64,000 nucleotides of DNA from Balanoglossus misakiensis (taxonomy: Eukaryota; Animalia; Hemichordata). The notes under the pieces are model-generated. The model was not told the origin of the DNA, did not search any database, and was given only the letters and a program-made list of their open reading frames with translations. The position numbers and the translations under genes were made by a program. Every line of letters begins with the position of its first letter. Positions within the stretch are counted from its first letter, which is position 1. The stretch covers positions 10,916,276 to 10,980,275 of the forward strand of contig CM082594.2 of assembly GCA_040954595.2 (NCBI GenBank), in the 5' to 3' direction. Positions 1 through 13,596 of the stretch are shown here, one piece after another.

Positions 1-32
1 GGAATTTTTCCATTTTATTTTACATCGTATGA

Positions 33-1337
<1,305 letters not shown>

Positions 1338-2555
1338 ATTCTGAATACAGGCTTACTTATACTGAAAATATGCTGAATCTGATTTCAAATCATTGTAAGG
1401 AACTGGGAGGAGCATTTGATTAATGAAAATAAAAATGTAAAAAATATAGAAGGTTTTTGTGTCAGTAATTTTGAGTTTGAGTACATGTATGTGCTGTATA
1501 TAAGCGTTTTTGTGATTTTTCATATTCATTCGCGCGAATTTTGATATATCGACACAGGCCCTATTTTGTGTAGTTTGGTTGCTATGGAATTTTATCCGCA
1601 GTGAACTGCAAAATGCTTACGATTTTTTCGTTCTTGCTGCCATTTTCATGTAAATAGTAAAGGTAAAAACCCGCTGACGAGCGCCTTTTTTGATTATTGG
1701 TTTGGAATTTGCCGCAAACCTTACGGCTTTTAACATTGAGGAGTCGTGCGATTTTCAAAATGGCGTCCATTGATGACGATCTGTACTCGTTGTTTTGAGA
1801 ATCGAAAAATCCATCTTTTATCTTTTATAATATCTGCGGGTTCAGCGTAAATAAGTTTTTTGGTACATGTAGGATAGTAATGTCAACTTAATTTAACTTT
1901 ATATTTGTAGATGCAAAAATATCATAGAGTTAAAAACACGGATTGCCCGACGCCATCTTGATTGTTCTCAACTTCAAGACCTTTCAGTCAATCTCGATTT
2001 TCTTGCGATTTTATTTGTTTATTCTGGTTTGCCTAGTAGCATTTACTGAGGACTTTTTTGCAACGCGTGATTTGAAATACAACTGAAAATCCTTTGACGT
2101 CGCGTTTTTGTGATGTATGTATGATACAGAAAATGTGTTTCCTAGCAACGTAAAACTTAATTTTGACAAACTTTGATGCGACCAGTCGAAAATCTTTGCA
2201 AGAGAAGTTGTTAACTTGTTGGATTCTGAACAACTGTTCCTGTTGTCAGATGCAGAAATGTAACCGAGATTTTTAAAAGCTGGTGGTTTAGTACAATAGA
2301 AAGTGGGACTCTATTCTGTTGAAAACAAGTGCTGTCATGGTAACCATGGGGAAAAGGTCGCTTGCTGTGTCCCCAATGACCTTTGTCAATACGTCGTGTG
2401 GTGGCGCAATTCAATTTCACTTTTGTTCAAGGACATAGCGCAGAAAATATTCAGAGGAGAGACATTGTTGTTTGTCCAAATGTAGATCTATCTCGTGCAT
2501 TGGCGAAGCGTTTGATTATTTTCTGTTTACTCAACGTTTCGTTTCGATAGTCAAC

Positions 2556-5500
2556 ATGGATCTCCTTCATTTGTGCCTCGTAGCGGCGGTTTTCACGACA
2601 GGTGAGTTGATACAGTATGTCCACACACACAGCACCGGTGCACTAAATATAAACAGCAGCACAGTGCAGAGAGCTGCGGATCCAGAAAAATTGATCGCAC
2701 ATCGGAACTCGGAATTTTTGTGTGGAAATGCTATTCCTAGCTTTGATCTTGCTATTCACTTCATCTCACTGCATATATTCCTCAAACATATGCTGGTATT
2801 TGACCCACGATCGTCGCAGAAATCACTTCCACTTTCATATTCATTTGCTATTGCAAAGTCTGTGACTAAGATCCCCTCACCAAAATCGTTCACTGACGCA
2901 GCAAGTTTTTGCTTCGCTGACTATTGTTTGGGAATAATCGCCCCTAAGAGCAGTTTCGCAACTCACTCCACTATCAATAACAGATCCATTCGCACTTTTA
3001 AGGATGCAGCTGAATTCGAATTCAGCCAATAGTAAAAGAACTGTATACTAGTGTGGTATTACCTTGTGATAATTGAATAATTGAGATAAAAAATCTTCGT
3101 TTGGCAATTATTGTATGTGTGTTCAAACATACAAGGTCTCCCTTTTAAAGAAACTCACTGTCAGTACCACCGATGTTAGTAGGAATTTCTTCCACTGGCC
3201 TGAATTATGACTTTCTTAAGTGATTTCCTACCATACAATGGTTGTGAGGAAATGCCTTGTAAACACATGTGACCTTGAACCAGAGTTCATTGACACAAAG
3301 GTACTGTATGAACATTTGTATATGGGATATCTCTCGGTTGAACTCCTAGCTCAGGGGCATACCACCAAAGTAGAAAATCATTGTGGCAAGAAATAGGGCT
3401 CCCAGTGTTCACCCGAATACAATATAAGTGCATCCTTCATCTGTCATTGAGTTTGACAAAAACTTAAGAAATGCACTACTACAGTAACAATGCCACGTAT
3501 AACACACAAACAAAAAATAGATGCAAGTTCACCCTTTTACTTATATAGTCTAGAATCCAGACTTGTGTATTTTTTGCTATGAGCATAGCAAAAACCACAG
3601 AGTCTGGATTCTAGACTACCTTTTACATTGCCAGTGACTCAAATCATTTCCTGTTTCCTTTTGGGCCAAGGAATTTTCATCTAAAAATATTACCGAGTCT
3701 GATCACGCAGTAGTAATATATCAGGCTAAATCTATATACCTGGGAGAGAGTGGTCCATTTAATTGTTTGTTTTTCTGTTATAAATCAACCTGTGTTTACA
3801 GCACGTGTTGTTCAGACACATGTGAATATTTGCTCTGTCCACCTGGAAACCCTGCAAGTGTCTATTTTGCATAAATACACTCATAAATTTTGAAAGTCTG
3901 ACGATATGAAAGGAGAATTTTTTTTCTGGGTCAGATTGAATAACATTTGACTGTGATAAGATATGAATTGACTGCAAACAAATCTTTTCCATGGCTCCTT
4001 TCAAATTGTGACATTTGTGCTATTGGATTGTCAAGATAAGAACAAAAACAAGCAGTTCAGGGTACCTGTCGGTAAAAATGCAAGTATGTGCACAGTGTAT
4101 ATAGGTTGACATATTTGGGGCTCATTTGTGCAACATGCATTGAATTAATATGTACACAGTCATGTATTATTTTATGATTTCTTTACAGGATCACTGGCCA
4201 TCCCGTACAGTCCCGAATGCCGGGCTTTGGATGATATGATAGAAAAGGTGTCTTCACCCCTCCCCGTCGGTGGTCAGTTGGTCTGCAATAAGTCTGTCGA
4301 GTGCACCGGTTTAACATGTGCCTTAACATATGAGGTAATCATTCAATTTCAGTCCTAATTATTAAAAACATTATTTTGTATAAGCCAGTGATTTTCTGTT
4401 GTTTGTCTTTCACTGATGATTATGATGAGTGAATTTCTGTTTTTCTTCTTTTGAAAGTCTCAGACAACCTACATGAAGTTAGACATCCATCACTGTGAGA
4501 GCCCTCCAAGCATGGAATTCCGGATGTTTACGTCGGACGGGACTTACAACTTTGAAAAAACTGTCACCCATAATGACAGATTTGAAATCCTAGGTATGTA
4601 TGCGGCCGGGCATGCTGATTTATGTTGTAGTGTTGCAGGTCATGTGGAATTGCATGCACACTCAGTTTGTTGGAAAAATGGCAAGTGGATAGTCACTATT
4701 CAAACACTAGTCAAGTTTCTGTTTTCTTTGACAGATTTGTCAAGCATTCCTGGTTTGGACTCACTAGCCAGTTTTATGCATGTGTACATAAGGACTGATT
4801 TTCAAAAGGTTGAAGATGGCCTCCTCATTGGGGTAAGTTGATGGTGATCTTGACATTTGAGTATAAAGTTGGTGGTGGTTTCAACATTGGGGTAAGTAAA
4901 TGACGGATGATGTTTCATTGGATTTTGTCTCAATTTTTATTGATCAGGTCAATCTGGAAGCAGGATTGAGTGAGGACATAATTGCCTATGATCAGCCAAT
5001 TATCGAAGACCACTTTGTACCCACCCCGCCCTGCAGAAATGGACCTTTCCTACGTAAGTTTAAAATTAATACAACTGTAATCTACTATCTAGTGAAGAAA
5101 AAGTTTCACATAATCTTATAATGAAACTTTAACTTCGTTCAATGGATTTGATAATGGAGTTTTGCCTATTTTTTTGTCATTTGACTTAGCGCCGGAATAT
5201 CGAGTAGAGCAGTGTAAACACATGGATGGCCTGATGGAAGACTTGCCGTATCAAGATGAACTCGATTGTACGAAGGATGACTCTTGCATGGGCATTACCT
5301 GTGCTGGCACAATCAGTGTGAGTTGTCATTTGCTTCTCAGCAAAACTTTGTGTGTGTGTGTTGTGTGGAATTCCATTTTAGTGTAATTTTTTCATACCCG
5401 AATTCGAATGAACATTTTCATGAAATTTATCTCAAAAGGCTTCCATAATGCATATATGCCATGTCATTTTGTTCCAGGATCTGGATGTTCACACTAACAT

Positions 5501-7815
5501 GGAAATTAACAACTGCGATGATCCTGTGTCACTCACCGTCTTTGTTGACAGCGGTAATCTGACGTATCCATGGCAACACACATTCACAGGCAGCGAGACT
5601 GTCATGGTGAATGGTAGGTAGATCCGTGGGACAGGGTGTGTCCATGCAAAGTTTATGATTCGTGTTTGAATGACGTGTGTATGTATGAAGGTCCAATTAC
5701 AATAACTTGCACCCACACCTGTATGCACAAACACCTTAGAAAACAGTTTCCGTTTTTTTTTACTGCAGACATCCACTATTACTGGAATGGATTTCCAGTC
5801 GTGGTCAAAATCCAGGTGGAAATGGAGCCCCCTGAAGATGGATATATGCTGACTTCAGTAAGTGTCTGCTATGAAAGCAACTGTCATTAATGTCTGATGA
5901 TTATGATGTGTGTGTGCGGTACCTCAAAAGTATGTTGAAAGGCCCAGTCCTTATTGTATATTAGCAACGTACCATTTTTAGCACCGGTGTTGAAACACAT
6001 ATTGGTTCTGTTTCAATCTTAGCTGACATTTGTTGGTTGTGCGGATACATTATTTGGTATGGTTTGCCCGGAATCTGCTACAGTGAAGATTCTGGATAAT
6101 TCCGAGGTTCCAGTACCGCCATGCCGTAAGTTGTACTGTCTTTATTTCACATCTCTTCTGTTGTGTCATGATGTGTTTGAGGAGCCCAGGACCTCAGAGT
6201 AATGATTTTATATATATTTTTCTTTCAGAGGGAGGGTCACCTACACTACCCCCACCTCCCCCACCTCCTCACCATTTCCCCACTTTCCCAACCCCTGCTC
6301 CTCATTCCGAGTGCAAGGCGCTGGATGACATGATCAAACAGCTGATCAAACCAACAGAGGATGATCACATGATCTCCTGCACCAGAAACAACAACTGTAC
6401 TGGTATCAATTGTACTGCTGCATATTTGGTGAGTTTGACAAATTGTATGGTACAGTTATTCCAATACAACATTCACACATACATTTTGTCATCCATGCTT
6501 CCTTCTTTTCTGAATTCCAACACAGCTGGACTCAAATAAGTGAGATTCCCATGTACAGTGTTGTTTTCTGTTAGAAGGACAATTACGGTCACTATTTGAT
6601 GTGTGTTGTTTATTGCTGTACAGGGCAACGATTATGAGACGTACTTCGGTGTGCATCATTGTCAAGTTCCAGTGGACATCGTGATCGCTATCAACAGTAA
6701 TTCTCAAAACATCCACTTCCAGAGGACGTTCACACATGGAGACACTGTTCCAATCTCTGGTAAGGGGATTTTAACACCTCCCGTGCATTTGACGTGTTTA
6801 CCTCAATTAAGAAATCTATTAAGACATCTTTTTCTAACTGAGTTATAACAAAAATTCAAGAGTTTTGCCAGCATTGTGTATTTACGCATTGATTATCCCA
6901 TTTCAGGTCTGAATACCCAACTGCCATACCTGGGAAACATCCAGATTTATCTCCAGGTGGAAATGACGAAGGCAGAACACGATCTCATCCTCAGCATCTA
7001 TCTGTTGTTTGGCAAGACCCTCCCTGGTGACATTGCCCTTTTGCCGAAGATCCCTCTGGTGCAAAACCAGGATATTCCCTTGCCCACGTGCGATGGCTCG
7101 ACCAGACCACCACCACCACCACCGCCACCAGGGGGTACTGGTTCATATCCTCCCCAACCTGGCAGAGGTCAGTCGCCTTTTGAAAATCACCAACTTTGCA
7201 TTGTTAATGACTTACCCTTTCACCACCATGGTTCAGTTTAAAACCATTGTTTGGAATAATTGGCTGTCCATGGAATGATGAAATATGATGAACGAAGTTT
7301 GGCTTATAGTAACCAGCAACAAATCCACATGTGAATCAATGATCTGTATGACATATCATATTGATACGAAAAGACTTCATTTCACTTTGTGTAATTCCAC
7401 AGGTACTGGTAAACCCATGAATCCGTCCAAACCACCAGGTGGTAAGCAAGACAAACTACATGGCAAACATGCAGGGGCTTCCCCTCATACAAGTAAGTAC
7501 TATCAGTCCACACACACACATAGGTTTCAAGCCTCTAAATAGGCGGCCGTAGACAGCACGTCCAAACGCCCGTAAAGTAAACATCTTTCTGTGGTTCATG
7601 TCCACATCAATACCATGTCAGCTAGAATGATGAAATGTTATGTATCAAATATTTATTCCTTTACAGCATCTGTAGCTGTTGGAGTAGTGGTCGCTGTGGT
7701 GGTGGTTTTTGGAGTCATTGCAGCAGTGGTCCTGTTGCGAAGATATCGCTGTCTGAAGTACGGAGGTACAACGGTCATACTGGACAGCAAATCACAGTCC
7801 ACGTCTATCATCTAG
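2556..7815 (+). CDS. Uncharacterised type-I membrane protein of about 600 aa: signal peptide, three tandem Cys-containing repeats, Pro-rich stalk, TM, short tail
   Basis: 14 exons in compatible phases: about 2556-2601, 4189-4334, 4458-4593, 4735-4832, 4948-5053, 5190-5317, 5479-5614, 5769-5857, 6023-6125, 6230-6429, 6624-6759, 6907-7167, 7402-7492, 7666-7815. Signal MDLLHLCLVAAVFTTG, TM VAVGVVVAVVVVFGVIAAVVLL followed by RRYR, ends STSII*. Confidence 0.85.
3546..3618. repeat. 73-bp near-perfect palindrome with TAG...CTA ends (MITE-like remnant) in intron 1
   Basis: tagtctagaatccagact...gctatg ag catagc...agtctggattctagacta. 18-bp perfect terminal inverted repeats. No TSD seen. Confidence 0.6.
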
Positions 7816-9791
7816 GAAGTGTTAAAGGTACACAGTCACCTATGCAAATTTAACTACTGTTACCGTGGAAAATTCAAATTTAGCCAATCACAGATTTTCA
7901 GTGGGTGGCACACACGGTGACTGTATACCTTTAACCAACCACAGGGCTAATATTCTTACAACCAATTTAAACTAGCATCATTTCTAAGTTTGCGCACAGC
8001 CTTAAAATTTTGTATGGTTATCTGTGGACTAGGTTGTTTTGGCAATACATGAGGTAGATTTTTCCAAGTATTTTTGGTTTGTGTGTACTGTTATAATACT
8101 GGGGAAGTCCACTACCAAATTTACATTTCTAAATACCAATGTTGACCATTTAGATATTGTTCGGGGCATTCAAACCTGTTTTATATGTACCATAGAATAA
8201 AACCACGTACCATTTGTGAAATATATCCATGACATTATTTTATTTTATTGCAATCAATCACTTTGTGAAATGTGCACCTTGATGTCCTTATGTACTCATG
8301 TATTTGTACTTGGAAGATTTCACTGTGTTAGGATTTCTTAGGGAGTGTTATTCAAGTGTGGGATTTTTCATACGAAAATTTGACCCATGCTGTTAACTCG
8401 CCATCCCACTAACACTATGCAAACATTTTGATTCATTCATATTTGATTTTCTTCATAACACACACCAGTCACCCTTTTTAGTCGATAATCATGTATTTAA
8501 AGTAATCAATTAAAAAATTATAATTTTATGTCAGCAAATGGCTGTATCTGGTGTAAAAAATTCAATGTCAAATTTATAAATACATGTATCATGATCAGTA
8601 TCATTTACAGTTTCTATCAAGTAAATGTATGTATATTCAGATTTTGAGTAGTATTTTCATGTATAAAAGGTTTTCTCTTTTAGTATGCTTACTTCAGTTA
8701 TGTATTCATTGCAAAATAGAAAACAAGTGATTATGACAATATTGTCTATGTTTGTTTTGTTTCCCCTCACATGCCCCATCCCATTTTTACATCCGATGCA
8801 TGACTAATTCTTCTCTTGAAAAAACTCGGAGAGTACCGAATCATAAAGTTCACTTTGGCCTATAGGGGGCGCTGCGTGAAATGCAGGCCATGTTGGTTTC
8901 TGCATAATGATGTCATCAGTTCAGAGGTCATAGTGAACAAAATAACATCAAGTGACGACAAGTCTCTCTTCAGCCAGGCAATTCCCACCATTCGAGACGG
9001 ATAGTTCTGTTTAATGCCAGTTATTTAAAGACAAACTGGTCAAGGAATGAATGAAAGGGGAGTTTGATTTCGCTGAGGCAAGATCCAGCTCCAAATTCGA
9101 TCGTAACAAGCCAAGGTATGTAACACCAAAGGCTTCTGTGATGAAGCAGAAAAATGCAAAGTTGGTGGTAATGAGATTACGGGATAGCAGTAGGACACAA
9201 GGTTACGTAAACATTTCTTAATTCATCTCCTTATATTCAGTTTCCCGTCTATTCTGTTGAGAAATATACAGACAACAAAGTGTCCAAATTCTATTCAATA
9301 TGAAGTGGACTCTAGTACACAGTTTCATGGGTATTTGTAAACACCAGTTGCAGTGACTAGCAAACGACCTTGGTTGAGACCTCGTCATTATTGCGGTAAT
9401 CTTCAGTTCGTCATGGTACCTCCAATTGTCTAGTTGCCTTCAATTCATGCTGCACTTTCTAGAACGAAATCCATTGTTTGCCAGCGCAGTGCCTGGAAAC
9501 AAAGCCAGCCATGCATTAAGTCTACAGGCCATTGAAAATGTCGTCATGGTAACAGATTAGTGAACAATACCATTCCTTGGACCACGTTGTGTAATAATTA
9601 TATTATGAAGGAGCCCCAGTGTAAAATCCTAACCATAGAAGTATGTCGAGGACATAAGGGCAATACTCTATGACAGCTGTTGCTATTAATCAAGCAGAAC
9701 AATGCAATATCACTTATAGAAAAAATGTGGGGTAACTAATGCATTTTGTTGTGTGTCCTCATCTAGGGAGAGTGTCCAATTGTAAGCCGCA

Positions 9792-12003
9792 ATGGAGTCT
9801 TCAATACACCGCTTGGCCAGCCTGACTTTTGTATTTGTTGTACTGATCTCTATACCATGTGTTACTACAGCTGATGAAGCGGAAGGTAAGACTTGTATTA
9901 CTCTCTGCTACAGATTTAACCACATTGGCACTACATGCCTTACGCATCAAGATACTGCTGTCGTATAATTTGCATATGATGACCTTTGACACCCACACAT
10001 TCAGTTTGTGAATCAAAGTTCGTGAACTGATAATAATCACCTGTATAGTGAGTGACTCAGTATGTTTGCAATGTCAGGTTTATCTGAAATGACTGGTAGA
10101 GCTGCAGTTGTAAAGATAAGTTACTCATCAGCTCAGACAGGAGGCCATTCATATCACTTAACTTTTTCATTTTGTCTGCAGAAAGAAGCACCACATCCCG
10201 TTGTTTCCAGCCAATAAACCCCGGACCTTGCCGGGCGTATTTCCCTCGATGGGCCTGGAGCGCTCCCAAAAACGACTGTGTTTATTTCATATATGGAGGA
10301 TGCCAGAAAAATGGGAATAATTTTGACTCGAAGGAAGAATGTGTTGACGAGTGTATATACGAGGCAGGTAAGACGAGTTTGCCCTTTTTTCATGTTTTGT
10401 TGAATGAAACCAATGCTTGCTCAGTGGCCAACTCGCAGCCTGTATACTTTGCCCCTTGAAGAACTGTTTATACAAGTTTCAGAAGGAAACCTTGCTAACA
10501 CTAACAGTAAAACGGTTCCACATTTTTTCGTCTTTCAGCCCCAGCAAAAGCCAAGGAAGGCAAGTGCCCTATGATTCAACCTGCCATCAAGGGCGTGTGT
10601 TTCAAGATGTGTCACCATGACCTTGACTGCGCCGGCACGCAGAAGTGCTGCAGTAACGGTTGCGGGCAAATCTGCACCAATCCGGTGGATCCAGACGAGG
10701 TACGGATAAAGCCCGGAGAGTGTCCCGCAGTGGACAGGGATAACAAGGAGGATTGCAAGGATACGTGCGGGATAGATGACCAGTGTCCCGGAACGCAGAG
10801 GTGTTGTCCAAACACTTGCGGAGCATCCTGCATGGAAGTCATGTCACCAAGTGAAGAACCACCTGGTAAGGGAAAAGTTATCTCTGATTGGTCAGTCTTG
10901 TGCAGCAGGCTTGCAAGGCTGTGGCTGATTGGTCAATTTTATGCTGTGGTCTTCCACGGCTGTGACAGAAAGTAACTGATTCATTCATTCATTCACAATT
11001 CATGATTTTTTGCTTCATCCACAGAATCGGAATGTGCCCTTGAGTGGACGGCACACAACAATACATGCTACAAGTTTGTCAGTTACAGTCGTAACTACCA
11101 GCAAGCCGCAGTTGCCTGTCAAAAGGAACATAAAAAAGCTCATCTCGCAGTTTTGGTCGATGAACAAGAGGCAGAGTGGGCGCACAAATTCATTCGAAAT
11201 CAGACAAATTGTGAGTACTCATCATTATATGTCTTTCCCATTCCATAGGAATAGGAGTCTATTTTAATGTATAATGCTGAAAAAGACAAGAAAAATTCAT
11301 TGAAATTCAATGTATCTATGCTTTGCAGTTCAGACCTCCAATGGTGCGTGGATTGGTCTCAAACTTGAAGCTGACAAGTGGACTTGGAACGACGGTTCAA
11401 CTTTGACCTACGCCACAGATATGGGCGTCAACAGAGAGAAAGAACAGTGTGTGTATTTGCTGCAGAAAATGGACATTTTCCACGCTGCCTCCTGTCGATA
11501 CACAAAACAGTATCTGTGCCAGTACAGTCTTGAAGGTGAGGCAGCCTTTTAACCCCAGCTCTGATAATAGAATCGTCTTGTGGGTCATTCCACATTGATT
11601 TAGGGGTAGGCAGCATGTACATAGAATTCGATCATCTTCTTGTTGGCTCATATTTTTAATTCTTTCTCATACAGGAGAGTATTCACCCGCAGCCCAACAG
11701 ACGTCCGACCCAAGCAGTAATATTGGTAAGTTTTGAAACATGTTATGATTGTATTGATGGATGTGAACTGTCACAAGGAACTATGCTGGGATTCTTTTTT
11801 CTCAAATGTGATAATTTGCACTTTCCGTCTCACTTTCAGTGATGGATACATACATCATCATTGGTATCCTAGCAACCGTGGTCCTCTGCCTAATTGTGGT
11901 AGGCATCATCCTGTACATGAAATGTCGTCGAAGAATTATTAGAACCGGAGACAACAGCGTGACTGTGGTCAAGTATAAAGGTTACCAGCCTGTCTTGATT
12001 TAA
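9792..12003 (+). CDS. Type-I membrane protein: signal peptide, Kunitz, 2x WAP, C-type lectin domain, TM
   Basis: Exons 9792-9885, 10182-10367 (Kunitz CFQPINPGPCRAYFPRW..FIYGGCQKNGNNF..C), 10539-10865 (two 8-Cys WAP domains), 11025-11210 and 11329-11535 (CTLD, WIGL), 11675-11725, 11840-12003 (TM, tail ..KYKGYQPVLI*). Probable non-coding first exon ending at 9115. Confidence 0.88.
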
Positions 12004-13596
12004 GGTGGCTTTGCATCATGGTAACCGTGCAACAGTATTCAAATCACAGGCAAGATGTCGTATATCTGTGATAAAGTAGCGGACGATTTGGAGAAAAGCG
12101 GTTGTATACAGACAGAATCAGGCAGAAGCTTGTTCACGGTGAATTTACACTTTTATATCACGAAGTAGAAATTTACCACAAAAGTGGAAAATCAAAAAGT
12201 ACATTTATCTATAATGAATTTCTAAGTACTGCAGTATTGTTATTTGAGCAACAAAAGGGCGATGTGTTGATCACCGCAGTCAGACCTGGTGAGGGATGCA
12301 AGTAGATTAGAAAGGTGTGGCAGTCTTTGGTTTGTAATCGAAATTGTAATCTGATCTGATACAAATACCTTGCATTTAAAAGGCAGCTTCCTACTGTCAC
12401 AAAATCACAAAGACACAAACTTGGGAACAAAAGCATTGCCATGACAACATACATTTACATACCTGTGAAATGCAATCTTTTCTATTGAAGACTTTTGTTC
12501 AATTCATTTCTGAAAAAAGCTACTTGACACTTTCTTTTATTTAACTGCCATCAATTGGTCATAAAGAGAGAATATTGAAAGTGAATCTGTCCAATTGGTT
12601 GAAGTGTCTCTTGAAAAGTCCATTGGAATTATGAGAAATAACTTTTTTCACTTTTTTTGCAACGTATGCATTTGTAACTTTTTTGATATATAATGCTTTC
12701 AAGTTGGAACTTAATGAATTATTCAATAAAGATATTCTCAATAAATATTTGGTATATTGTGACGGGGTCAAAGTGCGGAACGAAAGTGCGCCCTCAACGT
12801 TGAAGAGGACGACTGGTGGGCCATCACATTAATCAACTCCCACTGCGTTTTATGCGTGCTTGTGTACAGAATAGACGGGTACTAGTAAATAAGTAACTGA
12901 ACAGGTAAATATACCCTGCCAGACTTCATGACCTCATATAATCGAATCAATTCTAGCTTGCGACACACATTTAGTTCTGGTTGCAAATATGTGAGACGTG
13001 GCTTCCTTGCCTCTCTTAGACCAAGGGAAACTTTCAAGGAGTAGAAAACGACAGAAGTTGGAAAGGTGAGATAATTTACTAACAGGTCTAAGTATGTATA
13101 AATTTAATTTAATTTCCATATTGTAAGCTGTCGGGTTGTCAGCCATGTTTTTGGCTATGTAGATGTGTTGTAGTTGTTGCTCTGGTATGGCTCCGTTATC
13201 GACGACGCGGCAGTCTACCCGGCCGCCGACGGATGAACATCTCATGTGTTCCACGGCCCAGGGAAATGGACGATTTGAAACATGGGTTTATCTTAAGTAG
13301 GAAGTCTTACAAATATTATTGATTAGGCTAAACTGATACGTATATCAGGCGGAGGTATTTGTGTTTTAGCCACACTAAAAAAACAATGATTCAGGTAATA
13401 CTAAAGTGTATTAAAGTTAACGTCAGGGATGGTCTTAAATTGGAGAAACTGACTTTGAAATATTGATATTAATGTTTGCTACGATTGCATTAATGTAAGT
13501 TGCATAATCCATTATTACACTTTTGTAGGAATTTGACTTAGGAACAGCAACACAGGTACGATACGAGGTGGAATATCGTGCACCGGGGCGGAGAAC

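Noticed and set aside
2472-3032. 186-aa ORF
   Set aside because: Only 2556-2601 (the signal-peptide exon) is coding. The remainder is UTR and intron read-through.
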